A stretch of DNA of 64,000 nt from Lepidodermella squamata (lineage: Eukaryota; Animalia; Gastrotricha), in contig JBLDXI010000001.1 in assembly GCA_047495785.1 (NCBI GenBank), forward strand, positions 3,906,001 through 3,970,000, read 5' to 3'. Below the pieces are notes generated by a model that saw only the letters and a program-made list of their open reading frames with translations, ran no database searches and was not told the origin of the DNA. A program made the position numbers and the translations under genes. Shown one piece after another: positions 46,976 to 62,100 of this stretch (within the stretch, counting starts at the first letter, position 1; each line of letters starts with the position of its first letter).

Positions 46976-49900
46976 ATGTCATCGGAGCTGACAGGCGATG
47001 GGCCTGATCTCAGCTCTGTGCGAGTTGCGGTTAGGTGAGAAATTTCATTCAATCGTTTTAGTTTCGGCGCTAATATAATTTTTCGATAAACAGGATTCGG
47101 CCGCAAAGTGCTCGCGAGCGTATTGAATTCTGCCGCGTTTGTACAACAGTTACGCCGGGCGAGCCGCAGCTTCTGCTCGGAAACGACCGCGCTTTCACTT
47201 TCGATTTCGTTTTCAACAGCGACTCAACCCAGGAGCAGATATTCGACGCTTGTGCTAGGCCACTTATCGTGAGGTGAGTGCATTCCATTTTTCTGCTGAA
47301 ATTCTCATGGGAGAGACAAAAAATTGAATATTTCCGCCTATAATTTGGCATTCTATTGACCGCGAATTTCGTGACCAATTAAGTGTTTACGTGCTGTATT
47401 TGACCCGGCGGCTAAATGATTATTGTTGTATCACATGTGTTGCCTAAAACTCAGCTGTTTCCACAACACTTGAATATAACATAGCTGCTCGACTGTAAAC
47501 CTGGTATTAACAACCGGCCGCGGTCAGCAGTCGATGTGTACGCAGGCTGCGATGCTCGAGTACTCTGTTGTATATGTATATACATTCGCAGTGCAGACAT
47601 CGTTTTTAGGCGCGCCGGATGTTTGCTTGCGCCTTTCGCAATAAATGAAAACAAACTCTCATGGCGCCGGTCAAACAAACCAAGTGTGATTTTTTCTCGC
47701 CCGTGATTCGATTAGTTAGGGCACTTGACCGGCCGCCGTGGTCACTATACCTCTATAGAATTGTCGATGGTTCTTGAGTGTGAAGGAAAAAAAAAGAAAA
47801 TCGATTACTTAATTATTAATCTAATCCTTATATTTATTGTTGTTGTTTTTGTTTGTCACAGCTGTTTGGATGGCTACAATTCGACAATTTTCGCCTATGG
47901 CCAGGTTAGTCTACAGTAAAAAGGCAGCTAATTTAGGCCATTTTGCCCTGAGAAACTGAGAAAATACTAGAAATTAAATGAAAAATAATTGAAAATGAGC
48001 CCCTAAATTTGCTGAATTTATTTATATTTTTATAGACTGGCTCTGGTAAGACGTATTCGATGGGCACAGGTTTCGAAGTCGACCAGCGGCCGAGTGACAT
48101 CGGCATTATTCCGCGCGCTGTCGAGCTGTTGTTCGCGATGATACGCGAACGCCGCGCCGCTGCTTCAGCTGCCGGCATCCCGGTGCCAGAATTTCAAGTC
48201 TCGGCTCAATTTCTCGAGGTAAACACATCAAACTTACATAGAAAAGTATTTTCTGCAATGATTGGGAATTTTCGAGGATTTAAGCAAAATTTTAGAAAAT
48301 TTCAATTAAATGCAAAAATCGACGAATCGTATGTGCATTGAATTTTGGGTTCCATCAAATTTTTCGTTTGAATTTTCGATTAAATGTTATTGGGGGATGT
48401 CATAGTTTTGAGCAATTTTAGCTTTTTTAAATGCCCCTGAATTGAATTGTTGTAGCTTTTTGCCGGGTCGTAAATGAAGGCGATACAATGTTGATGTTTT
48501 TCTCGCGAATTAATGCGATAGATGTGCGATGATAATGTCATTGTGTATTGTTCTAATTCATTTTTACTCATCGTGATTAATATATATTTATATATAACCG
48601 CTGTTTTTTTTCATTTATTTTAATATAGCTCTACAACGAAGAGGTCTACGATCTTTTCGCAGCCGACCGAGACGTCTACACAAAGGTAAACAACGCATTT
48701 TGCTGTGGAGGTTTTTTTTGGCTCGCTTTTATCGTTTTTATTTAAACGTATGTTATATGTGAGATATTGTAGAAAAAATGACAGGCTCAAGTGACACGCA
48801 CGAGGTTAATTCGTATTTACTCCTACAGCGTATTTATTTCACCTGCAGCGTATTACAATGCGGTTTCGCTATACACTTGATACGTGATGTGCAAGTCAAA
48901 TACTCGAGTGAGAGGATTTTACGGCCTGATCTTGGCTTTAAAATACTACGACGGCGTAAATTACTACAGAATATCGTGAAGAAACGCGAAAATATGCCGG
49001 TTCAGCCTTGTTTTGGCTAACATTTCAGTGTCATCTGAAAAAATAAAGGCCGAGAAAAAAATCGAAAAAACTGAAATATAAGAAAATATAAATAATAATC
49101 TGAATGGTTTTCGAAGGTAGACATTTTGCATTTTCTGGAGCGTGAATGTGCTCTTTTGCCTGTCGGATCAAACCGTGATCAAATTGTTGAAAAATTGGAC
49201 AAACAGGACGGGAAATATGATTCCTACAATGAGAAATTGAATTTGGAATTCGTGACCCATTTGAGTTGTTCATGTGAAATTGGGCCAAAGATCGGCATTT
49301 TTATTATTGGACTAAAATTTGATCCGTCGCTGATGTGCGAATTTTTCAGCTAACTTGCCATGCATTTTGCCAATTTTCAGAAATTGTTTCAATAATAATA
49401 TTGATTTTTCTATATTCCAGCGAGGCCGTTCAGTGATAAAAATCCACGAGTCGAGTAAAGGTGATATTTACTGCGAAAATGCGACTCTCCGACAGGTCCA
49501 ATCATTGGCTGATGTAAGTTGGATGTTATCCCAATTTTTTTCGGCACCGAAAAATACTTCACTTACATTTCAGACTATGGAATGCTTAAGGGTAGGATCG
49601 CTAGCCCGCGCAACTGCTTCAACCGCTATGAACGCTCAATCGTCCCGGTCGCATGCGATTTTCACGCTATTCATAAAGCAGCAACGCGCTGTTATGACCA
49701 GCTCTACAGTTTCATCAGCTTCGAACGGCTCGGCCGAGCCTGGGAATGGCGGCACGGAATCAGCGGCTAATTCCTCGCCGTCATCGGCTACCAGTGATGC
49801 AATGGCTGTTTCGACGAATGGCCTCGTTTCCAATACAGATTGTGCTGAATTTGAAATTCTCACGGCTAAATTTCACTTCGTGGATTTGGCCGGTTCTGAA

Positions 49901-52900
49901 CGACTCAAACGCACCGGTGCTACAGGTAAATTAACCTGGCATTATTACTGACCTTATTGTTTCTCGCAAATTCCATATCAATGCGAGTATGGGTTAAAAA
50001 TGAAATCTTACTTGAAAATGTTTAATTCGAAATGGAAATGGCTATCGGTTCCGATTTTTTGATCCAGCAAACTTGATGTATTTTTCAATATTTTCCAACA
50101 AATTTATTTACGGGAAGATTCGAAAAATTACTTGAAAAATAAATTCAAAATTTTCATCAAACATTGAAATAATAAAGTTCTGAATTGCCAATAAAATCGA
50201 TGAAATGAAAGCCAAAAAACGTTAGGAAATTGTAGACTTGGATAATTATTACTGGACGATGTGAACAACATTTTTAAATTCCAGATTCTAAGCTGATATA
50301 TGACTAAATTTTGGGTTGTTGGCGTGGAAAAATATTGTAAAATACCTAAAAAGGCTTGGAAACGGATTTTTTCTGGAAATTTCCATTATATTTCCAGGTT
50401 TTGAAAATTTCTAGGGAGCGCCGTTCCCCATTTTTGCACGTTCTACAGCCGTGCATCGATTTATATATTGTTTCATAAGTTTTATGCTAAATACTTCAAG
50501 CATTTTTTTACATCAATTTCTGAGCTTTTTTTGTTTTTGCGGAATTTCGGTTCGCCCTAGTGTAATTTATGGAATAGCTCCTAATTAGACGAGATCTCTT
50601 AATTATCTAAGTGGGCTTTTAAGGTGTATTCATGCGTAACGTGTAGTTAACCGAGCGCATCGAAGCGTTGGATAGTAACGCGATGCCCGGTAATATCCTC
50701 CACCCCCTCTCATCTGCCTTGTTTACCTTGTTTGTTCCCATTGTTTTAATGTGCCGTGCGGTCTACCTGTAATTCTATAAACAGGTGAGCGCGCGCGCGA
50801 AGGCATCTCGATCAACTGCGGCCTGCTAGCACTCGGCAATGTAATATCGGCGCTGGGCGATACGGCGCGCCACTGCTCGCACGTGCCGTACCGCGATTCG
50901 AAGCTGACGCGCATTCTACAGGACTCGCTCGGCGGCAACAGTTGCACGGTTATGGTGGCCTGCATAAGCCCGTCTGATTGTGATTTCGTAAGTCTACTTA
51001 TTCCGCCATGTTGTACTGAATGCATGAATCATAATAGCGGTATTTACCGAGCCCTTTTTCAACTCAGCAGTGTTGTTTTCGAGGCGCTATATACAATATT
51101 CGTATATATTTTTACAGGTTGAAACGCTGAACACGTTGAAATATGCGAATCGGGCGCGAAATATCAAGAACAAAGTTACGGTGAATCAAGATAAGACGAG
51201 TGCCGTTATTTCGGCGCTGCGAGCCGAGATTATCCAATTAAAACAGGTTGGTTATAGTTATATTGCGAGGTGGTGTTTTGACGGCGCCACAATTGGCCCG
51301 TGGATTTATGCCGCGAGGCTAATAAAATGCCCGCCTGTGGGGCGTTTTTTCCAAATCTTGTTAACAACACATTTCGCGGTTTACTTAATTACAGAGCACA
51401 GCTTGCCTTTGGTTGGAAAACATGATCAGAATTTGGACATGATGGTTTTTTCGGCGGAATATGAACAAATGAATGTAATAACGTGAAAGTTGAAAAATCA
51501 AGTAGTTGAAGAATTTGCGACGATTTATGATTCCTGAAGTGAACACATCATCTTGTAAAGAATTTTACCCTGAATTTGGTGATAATGAGAATTTAGATGA
51601 TCAATAATGACGCAGTGAAAGTTCAGAGAAGTGCTCCCAAGAAAACGAAAAATTCCAAAATAAGTTTCGTTCCCCGAAAATTTGGTTCCGGTAACAGGAG
51701 GACACATTCGATAATTCACCGTATTCTTCATGATATAGAAAATATAAAATTGAGAAAAGGCGAAATTTCAAAGAATAAAATATTCGATATTGAAGAGAGT
51801 AAGGAGAACGAACAAGTTGCTAGACCTTTCCCTAATATGTGTCGTAGTCTAATAAGCAATTTAGTTGGATTGGGAATCCAACTAGTTTAATAAGCAAACT
51901 TTTAAAAACTAGTTTATAAGGCAATCGAACACAATTATTGCGCAAAACATTACCTCCTAAGAAGAGAGGCTCAAGATTTGTCCAATAAACTCGATTGATA
52001 GTGTCAAGGCCCGTTGGGAAAGCGTTTTCGGCTATTTTTGAGCCGTATTTTAAGTTGTAAAAATCAAAGTTTGTTAAGGTGAAGCCATTGCCATTCCGCG
52101 AAATAAAAGAGACAGAACGGTCAAGAAAAACCACTCCCGACCTTCTTCAAGGTTGGAATCTCAAGATTTCGGTTACTCGAGCAATATTTTGCCATTTAAT
52201 CATAACTGGTGTATTGGATCAATTATTGCCGAATATTAAACTAGTTTTATGAGCAAATTGGCAAAAAACTAGTTGGATTCCCAATCCAACTAAATTGCTT
52301 ATTAGACTACGACATATGCATATAGTCTCATAAGAAGAAATTACAGTGAAAAATGGTCTAAAACTGAAGCGATTTTAGTGGAAATCCAATTGGGACAGTA
52401 TAATGCCGAAAAATACCAAACCGTTCCCATCGTGTTTTCTTGGGGGAAATGTTGGAAATGATAAAAAATGATAAAAATCCTTACTTGGGTATTTTCGCTA
52501 CAATTAAGCGAATATATCGAAATTCTCTAAATGAGGCTGTAAATTGATTAGAAATTTTTTTCGCAATTTTGAGACACTATATTTTGCATCTCTTTTATAC
52601 ATACTATATTTTATTTATTTATTTGTTAGGAATTGCTCGAATTTAGGCAAGGCAAGCGGTTAGTCGACACTGACGGCTCAGAGCGTCAGAACGATGTCGA
52701 TAAAGAAAACGCCTTACTTCTTCGCGACAACGATTTGTTGCGGCGGCGCATTCACGCCCTCCAGGAGACGATCGAACAGCTGACAGAAACAAACGCACGC
52801 ATGATAGCGTCGATTGATGCTGATAAGCTGCTGAAAATCACCAGTGGAGGCAGCAGTGGCGGGTCGGTTGACGAAGTCGCCGAGGTTACAACTGACGTCA

Positions 52901-55900
52901 ATGGTAGTGAAACAACGGCCGAGGCTGTTATACTAAGGTACGCGCGCGAAATGGAACGGTTACGGGCTCAACTCGCCGAATCGCAAGGTCTCAATCGTCA
53001 GGTAAAAATATCATAATTTCTTTTTTTGCTTGGAATTATCTCGAATGAATTATTTATAACAATAGTCTGTTGATGGCTCAACGGTGCAAAATGTAATAGT
53101 CTTGCATTTAGATATTTTGTTATGTGGATAGCTTGCGCCTATCTTTAACATACCTTGATTAGTTGCTATATTATTGCTATTTTAGCTCGCCGTTTTTCGG
53201 ATCTTCCCGTTTTCATCTTGATTCTTGTAGTTTTGGTTTTGTTGAGACATACGCTCGGAAATCTGACCCTCAATTTCATCCTCGCCAACAACAGAAATGT
53301 GGCTCATTTTCTATACATTTTAAAATTGTATTTTTCCACAATTTTGAAATTGTTCATTGAACTGGGGTTTCATCTGAGCGGCAGGTGGCAGGTCAATAAT
53401 TTTTACATAAAACGGACTAGACCAGACCAGACCAGAAATAATAATTTTCGAACGCCGTAAAATTTATATGGGCATGCGAACATTATTTCTTGGAAAGCTT
53501 TTGTAATTCTTTGCAGAATATTTAAGTGATTAGATTGATCTTTTTTCCAACACTTTTTGTCAGAATCTTTTTTGCTAATTTCGCCCGGGAAAATTTTCGA
53601 AATACCAATTGATGAGAGCTTTATGAATCTGCGCCTCGCCGCTAGGCACAATATTAGCCAAAATGCAAGTGAATCGGAAAGCATAAGGTCAAGCTTTTAA
53701 AAATTTACTCTACAAGAAAATTCGCTGTGCAGCTTGCCAATATATTATAAGATTGGTCAGCATCCTTAGTACCTAAATGCTCGTCTTCCTGTTTTTCTGA
53801 TTTGATATAATCTGCCGCTAAAATGTGCCTGTAAAGACATAAAACAAGATAGGGGAAATCAGAAGAATTTTTCTCGATTCTTGACTCGATTTCCTATTTT
53901 TAATGTCGAAGTTTTTGTTTTTATACCAATCTTGTACTTTTATGTTCGATGCTATTTTATTTTTGTATCATCATATTTCATCATTGGCAGCGTAGAAATC
54001 GAAACCGGCATGTAATTTCAAAAATACATACCTTCATGCTCTTCTATAATTCGCTCATTGAAGTCTCAGTAATTGAAAAATAATCGTATATTTTTCAATT
54101 TTCACAGTTGCTGCAACAGCGTAGTGGTGCTCCGGTGCAGAGAAGTGCCCATAACACGCCCCGACCCCTCTCGACCACCCTCATGCAACACGCGAATGGC
54201 CTGTCGAACAACGGCATGCTATCCGCCTCATTTTCTAGTCCCGCGATGCCGCCGTTCGCAACCTCGTCAGCAATCGGCACGCCGTCTTCCGCCTCGAGAA
54301 ACGGCGCCTACCCCGACCCAACCGGTGTTCTAGAAGCCTTCGGCCCAGAATCCAGTTCTACCCTGATCGACAACGACGAGGCGCTGCTAGACGAAGCTAG
54401 GTCGAAATTAGCCAGGCTTCAACAACAGCTGATAATGCAAGGCTCAGGCTCAGGGTCTGAACTCGTTAGCAACAACCTCGATAATTCGCTGCAAAACGGA
54501 ACCGAGTCGCAGGATGAAGATGCAGACCGGCAGAACCAGGCTGAGATGAACGAGTTGGACAGTGAAATTACGGAGATTCAAAAGCAGATCAATATTCAGC
54601 AGCAGTTGATTGAACGGCTCGAGCAGTCGCAGCGGCAAATGTCGATGATGCGGCAGCAGTACGAGGCGAAAGTCGGCCAGTTGCAGGCGAAAATTCGCGA
54701 GACTGAGGCTGAGCGGGATCGCGTGCTGAACAACGTCGAGCGGACTGAAACAGCCTCGAAGGATAAGTCGGACCAGTTGCGCGTTGAGTACGAGTCGAAG
54801 ATTCAGGCGCTTCAGGTTGAGTTGCGTAAAATTCAAGCCGCGGCTCGGGATTACGCGAAGCATCAAGCTAAACAGGCGGAGAATGAGAGGAAGCTAGAGC
54901 AGATGCGGGCTGAGCTTCAGTCGATGAAACAAGCGAAAACTGCTATGGTTCGGCGGTTGAGGGACGAGTCTTTGAAGCAGCGGAAAGCCGAGGCGGAGAA
55001 GAATCGTGAAATCGCTCAATTAAGGCGGCAGCAGCAGCAGAAGGATTCGGTTATTCAGCGGCTTGAGGCTGAGAAGAAAATGAGGGAGATGGTGGCGAGG
55101 CGGCAGCAGGAGGAAGCTGAGTCGATGAGAAAACGCCAGAAACAGCAGCAGCAGTTGCAGCAGAGAGCGGCTACGGCTGGGCTGATTAGCAATCGGACAA
55201 TTGTCAATGCTTCCAACGCTACGGTTAATTTGGGCCCGATGCCGGTTGATGCGCTGTTTTCGAACGAGGAATGTGAAGAGGTGAGTATTTTTTATTTTAT
55301 TGGAAATAACTTCCTAAAATTGGCTATTATTGGTCTCGCAAATTTACGGGCTGTCGCAGGTTTTATGCCTAAATTTTATTTTCAACCACCAATTTCATAA
55401 ACCAATTCTTTCTTGAAATTTCAATTTTTCAATTATATCCCTTAATTGCCTGCCGTGGGCGGTTTTTGTTTGAACCGCCAAATTGTGGCTGTTTTATATA
55501 ATTTATACTGAAGATCCCAGAAATGATGTGAGCAATATTCTTTGAGATGGCCAAACATTTTATAATTTGTGCGAATTTTATTTTTCAAGTATTTTGACGG
55601 ATTTTATATCTCAATGAAAGCTCTTAAAACCGATTGCTGACCAATTAAGTGCCCATTTTTTCCGAGTTTTGCCGAGCGTCAAAAACTTGAAATACCAAGG
55701 GAAAATCGATGCCAAGATTGAGCGAAATTGACTTGAAAATTGACCGGTTTGAAAAACTGCGAATTGGCGTGTCAACAATTTTGTAATTTGTAATTATTTT
55801 CGCCCTTGCTCCTAAGTATTACGTGAATTCTAGAAAGATCCAGTCTTAAAATATAGGTTTTAAATATTTCACGGTATAATTGTCCCTTTTCACTTCCAAG

Positions 55901-58900
55901 TTGAAGATTCACAATATTTCCTCATGATTGGTTTATCTGCTTCAAGACAAGGAGACACTCCGCATTGGTCGAAATTGCAGCATTTGCATTGAATTATTAG
56001 CGATTTTGGGATTGGAACGTTCTGAAACGATATCTGAAATCGTGATAAAAATGTTCAATTTTTGTAAATGTTTTCCTTCTAAATTTGATTTTACTACATG
56101 AAACAGGCTATATTTGTGATGAAATTCAAGAGATTATTCGAAAAAAATTAACCCATCTTGTGAAATTACAGCAAGTCAATATTTTTTCTTCCAGATTTGG
56201 CAAATATTTGCTGCACGTCTCAACCACCTCGTAGCCGGGCGTAGTTTGATCAACCGAACCGATTGCGAACTGAAACGGCTCTTAGGCGAACGCGAAACCC
56301 TCAACCAACGCCTACAGCGGTATCTCCGCCAGCGCGGCCACATAACCTCGTCACCGCTATCCCGAAACTCAGGCGAAATTATCGCCGACCTCGAAGCGCA
56401 AATCGACGCGTTGAAGGCGAACATTCGCTACAACGAAGACTCAATCGACGAGTGCCAACGCCGGTTGATTCAGTTGGTCACGCCACAAGACTGGCAGGAG
56501 GCCGATGATGAAGCTGTAGCGACAGGCCTTTTCGATGGCGAGGTCGACCTTAAACGGGTTCTAGCCGGGTCAGGCTGCCGGATAGCGGCTATCACCCGGT
56601 CGCCAGATGCCCTCAAATTTGTCTGTGATAAATTGACAAATTTATTCCTGAGCCAGGGCGTGACGTTAGCCAGGCTCGAATCAGCCCGGCAGAACCCGGT
56701 TCAAGTCGTTGAGGCGCCGTCGAAGTACCCGCAAAATGGTAATTTCGATGGGGAGTTAGTGCCGACTAGTGATACCGGCCTTGCTCCTCCGATTTCGAGT
56801 CAAAATCTTGTGAAAACGCCGACTCGTCAGCCAAATTTGGACGATCCTAACCTGCAAACGCCGAAAGCTGGCGATGTGGGTAATGCCAATGGGTTTATGG
56901 CGGTTAGCACCCGGTCGGCGAAGGCGAGGCGGTGGTCGGCTACGACTCAGGAGTTGCTATTCGGCCGAACTCCTGGGCGAGATTCGATGTCGACTGGCGG
57001 CAATGGCCTTAGTACGACTATGGCCGGGTCTGGGATGACTGGTAGCAACGGCGCGGTTGATGTGAACGCTTTGTCCACTCTCGTTGAGCAAGATTCTGAG
57101 CAAATGTCTGAACATGACAATAGCCGGCCTATCATGGACAACTCGTCTGATGCTTTGTAAGTTCAAATTAAATTTTTTGCGATTATTTGGGTTAGAAAAT
57201 TATAAAATTTAATTGAACCAAATTGATTTAATTTAATTTAATCTTTTCCAAAAAAATGAATGGGATTTTTTTGTTATTTTTTTACACTCTCGATAACTCG
57301 AACAGGATCCACGCGGTGGTTTTTAATTCAAAACTTGAATTTACTTCGGAAAAGGGTATTAGACTGGTCCAAAAACGGTACAAATGCTCAAAAACATATG
57401 TCAACCTGTACTTCAAAGCCTTTAAACCTTGATTCACCTCCTTTTTTGATCGATTACTAGAAAAAATAAAGCTGGGGAGTTCGTAAATAATTATCTTGTA
57501 TTTTTTAAATGATTTGTAAATTTTTCTATAATTTTCAACCGCTTGTTCAGCCCATTTGAAATTGACGGTCTCAACTGGTATTTTTCACCCGGTGTATTCA
57601 TGTATTTTTTCCTGCTCGGTGCTGGGTCGCTAATTTTATTGCGATTGAGTGAGTGAGATACGCATAGAGAAAGAATTCAATAAATAACTATATAATAGCC
57701 ATCTCTTATATCGATCAATTTCCGGCGTAATCAATCGCTTTGCATTATTCAAATGGCCAGCAGCATCTCATGTTTGACTAATTTTAATTTTTAATTCGGA
57801 ATCCAGGGTCGAAGCGTTGTCGGAAGGTGACCACGCGAAGGCGAGGCGAAGTATCAGCGGCCATCGGGCCTCCTTAATTAGCTCGAATAACGACTATCCA
57901 ATGCCGGTTCAGGCTCCAGTTTCGCCAACAGTCGCGCAACGAATGGCCATGTCGAGTTCTCAGCTGAGTAACAGCTCGGAATCTGAGCCTGGAAATGTGT
58001 TCCAACGACTAACTCGGGGCTCGAGGCGAGGTTTGAGTAACGAAACGAATGGCGTGGCTGAATACGGCGCCGAAGCTCCAATCGCCCTGCTATCGCAAGC
58101 CCCGGGCAAAATTCGAGCCTCCACTTCTTTCATTTTGAACAATTCGTCAAATTCGACTATTTTAAACACTTCGAGTGGAAATCAGGGCCGCAGTTCGGCT
58201 TCATCGTCTCCGGCCCCGATTTTCACGTCGTTCGACACCGGAGCGCCGATTGTTGAGTACGTAGCTCAGGCGACTGGCCATTCCAGAACGGTTCTATCGG
58301 TTACGGGCGATTCGAAGGGAATTTTGTTCACCGGATCGAAAGATCGGACGGCGAAAGCGTGGGATTTGATGGAAAATCGCGAGCTATTCACTCTTTCAGG
58401 TAAATTCTATCGATGATTTAATGATATTAAGTGATACATGTTGGAAACGAATTACCTACCCTCAAATATTCATTTTGAAACGTGAAATTTTGAATAATTT
58501 TTGAATTTTTGATCGCCGTTTATTGAAATAAATTGGAATACATTTCTATGAAATTATGCGCTATTTTCAATAGGCTCACGATAACTTGGAGAAGCCATTC
58601 ATGATGTAGAACAAATATTTCGAATAAGGTGAATATAGGCCCCGTCTCGAATTCTAGATTTCCAGAAAATATTGGAAAATTTTAAATTTGCATTTTTTAT
58701 TTTAAATTTCAAAATTTTAAATTGTGCCTGAAATCGGTCAATTTCGCGGCATTTTCTAATAATTTATATAATTTTCTGAGGATAAATCGTAAAATCCCCG
58801 AAATGTTGGAATAATGTTGGAGCCATGTATTTTCCAATAATTTTCCAACAATTTCCCAGTTATTGCCATCCTAAACTTTGAGTAAAATGACGAACATTTG

Positions 58901-60699
58901 GTTAAACATGTTTTGTATTTTTTCAGGTCACCCTGACAGTGTCGTGAAAGTGCTGTATTCCGCGCAATCGCGGCTTCTATTCACCGTAGCCGGCGCCTGC
59001 GTCCGCGTCTGGGACTGCCGATGCTTCCAGAGCCCAGTCATGGAAATCGGCGACCCAGACCTCGGCTCGCCCGCCGAATCACAGCCGCAAAACAACCAAG
59101 TCTACTGCTGCCAGACGCTGCTATCAAGCGGCCTGTCAATGGAAGGCGCTGGTTCCAAGCAAGAACTCATGCGAACCGGCCGCGGCGATGGCATCAACGA
59201 CGCCGCCCTACTAACAACCCCGGCGACTGACCTCCTCATGACGTCACTCAACGCCGACGTCCGAGTTTGGGACCTGCGAAATTTCAACTCGATGGCTAAG
59301 CTAATCGCACCAGGTAGCGGCCTGTCGGCTGTTATGTCGCTATGCACGTCCTCCCTGCCGTACCGGTACGTGTTCACCGGGTCACGTGACCACTTGGTCC
59401 GGTTTTTCGACCTGCAAAACACGGCGATCAGCGGCAGTTTGGCGCCGCGGTTGACCTTTGAACCGCCGCATTGCGACAGTGTGCATGCCTTGGCGTTCAA
59501 CGCGAGTTGTTCGCAGAACGGCGGCCGGATGGTGACGTTTTCCGGGTCACGTGACGGCTGTTTGAAGAAGTGGGAATGGGACTCGGATACGGCGCGTTCC
59601 AACCAGGACGTTCAGGTTCACGTGTTGTCGAACGCGCATCGGGCGGGAATTTCGTCCCTGGCTGTTATTCCGTGGCTTGTTGATAGCGATTATCAGGATC
59701 AGTTGCTGGTGTCGACTGGGCGGGATGGCGCGCTGCGGATTTGGAATGCCAGCCCGGATGTGCCGCTGGCGCCGTTGGCCGAGGTGGCGGGTGCCCATGC
59801 CCAGCCGATCAATGCCGTCGCTGGGGCTAGCACGGATAACGGCATTTTCGTCTACACTGCTTCACAGTAAGTTAAATTTCGAGAATTTATTTAAAATTCT
59901 AGCTCAAAAATATTTAAATCCACGAAATTCCGCGAAAAATGAAAATCAAACTGAATTTTCTACTCTCTAATAATGTAGATTTTTGCTGATAAATAATCTA
60001 TTTTTCATAATTGAGCATCCCATCTAGTCATCTCTAATCCCATATCCGCGATTTCAACGAAGACATTTTAAATTTACCAGAAAAGACCCGGGAAACCCCG
60101 ATGCGAGCTGGTTCGGTCGTTGGACCGAGTTTATCCGGATTTTTATTCCTGTTAACTGGTTTCCTACTCAATTCTACCATTCTAATGACAGTTATTTTCA
60201 ATCTGGGCATGGATAGATGAAATCGTTTTTCATTTTAGGCTTCCTGATCCCTTTTCGTAATGGAATTCTTGGAATTCCCTCAAGCTATTTTTTGTGCTAA
60301 AATGGGATTCCACAACTTTTTTGCGACTTTCTGATCTTCGAAAATTGCTTTGTCGATATGCTAAATTTTTCAGTGATTTTCGGTGGTATTTTAAACGATA
60401 GGATTCATAACTTCACGCGTGATTTAAAACGATCACAACTACTTTGCACAAATTTTGTCCATGAATCAAAAGTTTCTAATTTACACCCATAGAATGACGC
60501 AGATAGTTTTGAGTTGGTTCTACTTCACCTATGAGTTTCGCTAAATTCTCACATGTTTTTATTGCAAGTTCAAATCAGGTCTTCTGTTTGAATTTTATAG
60601 CTGATCTCATAATTTTGGCATCATTATCTTATTTTTACACATTTTGTCTTTTCCAGGGATCGAAATGTTCGAATTTGGCGCCTTGCTACGAAAGACTGA
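46976..60699 (+). CDS. KIF21: Kinesin-4 family motor KIF21 (motor + coiled coil + WD40)
   Basis: 15 exons: 46976-47034, 47094-47273, 47862-47904, 48036-48218, 48629-48685, 49421-49513, 49574-49926, 50785-50987, 51118-51246, 52630-53001, 54108-55280, 56195-57156, 57808-58399, 58927-59866, 60657-60699. Motifs [41 protein letters not shown], long coiled coils and C-terminal WD40 repeats. Confidence 0.92.
51839..52315. mobile_element. MITE family A, copy 2 (in a KIF21 intron, inverted relative to copy 1)
   Basis: Perfect ~49-bp TIR tgtcgtagtctaataagcaatttagttggattgggaatccaactagttt. High similarity to 37399-37847. Confidence 0.9.
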
Positions 60700-61918
60700 A
60701 GCCTTTCCACTCGCCTTATTGCAATCAATCAATCAGCCATTATTTGATATCGCAGCTACATCAGAACGTTCTCAAAAAGTATTCTGATTTAAAATGAGAT
60801 GTATACAAGCACCACTCCTGATTCCGTCGTACCTTCATTCACACATATTTTTCAGCTACTTATGTTTTAAAACATTTTATTCCTCGCAACTCAACGTTGA
60901 TTTCGCAGCTGTTCAACTGTCACAAATATTCGATACGATGAAATTCACAGAGGCAATTTGATTTAGGGCTGATCTCAGTGCCATTAATTCATACGTTGTT
61001 CACATTATTTCAGTTGTTTCTCATTCCTCCTTAAAATTGTTGAAACAAATCCACAGCCAATTAACTGATTTTAAACATGAATTTGCATGAGTTTGCATTA
61101 AATACAGTTTTATTGTCAGCGCGATCTTTCGTATTATATATTAACTACTATGGTGCTTTGAACGACGATGGAAAAGCATTTTAACTTTGTTATTAAAATT
61201 TCCCGAAAAATATAACTATTTGCCGCTTGCGTCCGAGTCATGAAAAAATTGCCCGTTCGAACAAACCTTTGAAATATATTCCTATATTATATAATTAAAG
61301 CCCGGATATATCTATAAATCTGCTGAGTCTCGCTTATAAACTTGGTAAAAATAATTAATTTCTTATTAAAAAATTCAGTTATTAATTTGGATGACTTGAA
61401 GGTTGTTGAAATGAATGAGAATTTCACACTGCTTATTATTAGTCGATAAGTTTTGAAGAAATGCCATGGCGTATATACTTTTTTGTCGGCGCGTTACTTA
61501 TATCGTTACTTCTTCTGACCAAATTCGATGATTGATGAGTAACACACCTGTGGTTTTATTTTTAGCTCCCAGTGTCAAATTTCAACCTCACATCTTATTG
61601 TTGGATGAAATGTTATTACTACTAACAACTATTGAATAACCGTGTTCGTTTTTCTCTTCTTCTACCACTTCTACTATCTTGAAACATGATAGCTATACTT
61701 TTTACGTATTATTATTATTACTATAACCGGCGCCGCTAGCGCTGCCCGTGTAACGCGTCTTTTTTCGAGAAAAACTGAAAGAAATAAAAATTGAATCGAA
61801 ATCATAATTTTTCCTGTTTTTTTGAAAATTTGTAGGTTATATATTTGGCATCAATGTGTGGGTGTTTTTCTGACCTGAAAAGGGATGAAAAGGCGCGCTG
61901 GTGCGCCCATTTACGTGA

Positions 61919-61991
61919 GACTCCGTAGCTCAATTGGCAGAGCGTCTGACTCCAGATCAGAAGGTTGCGTGTTCAAGTCACGTCGGGGTCA
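61919..61991 (+). tRNA. tRNA-Trp (anticodon CCA)
   Basis: Cloverleaf: acceptor GACTCCG/CGGGGTC, D arm GCTC/GAGC, anticodon arm TCTGA-CTCCAGA-TCAGA, T arm GCGTG-TTCAAGT-CACGT, discriminator A. Confidence 0.97.
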
Positions 61992-61993
61992 TA

Positions 61994-61998
61994 TTTTT
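61994..61998 (+). terminator. RNA Pol III oligo-T terminator
   Basis: TTTTT lies immediately after the tRNA 3' end. Confidence 0.75.
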
Positions 61999-62100
61999 CC
62001 GCCAAAAACAACCGCTATTTTATATTTTTGTTTTATTTTTTTTCAGCAGCGTGGTTTCATAATTTGAATAGTAATGATGTAATAAAAGGGAAATGACGTT

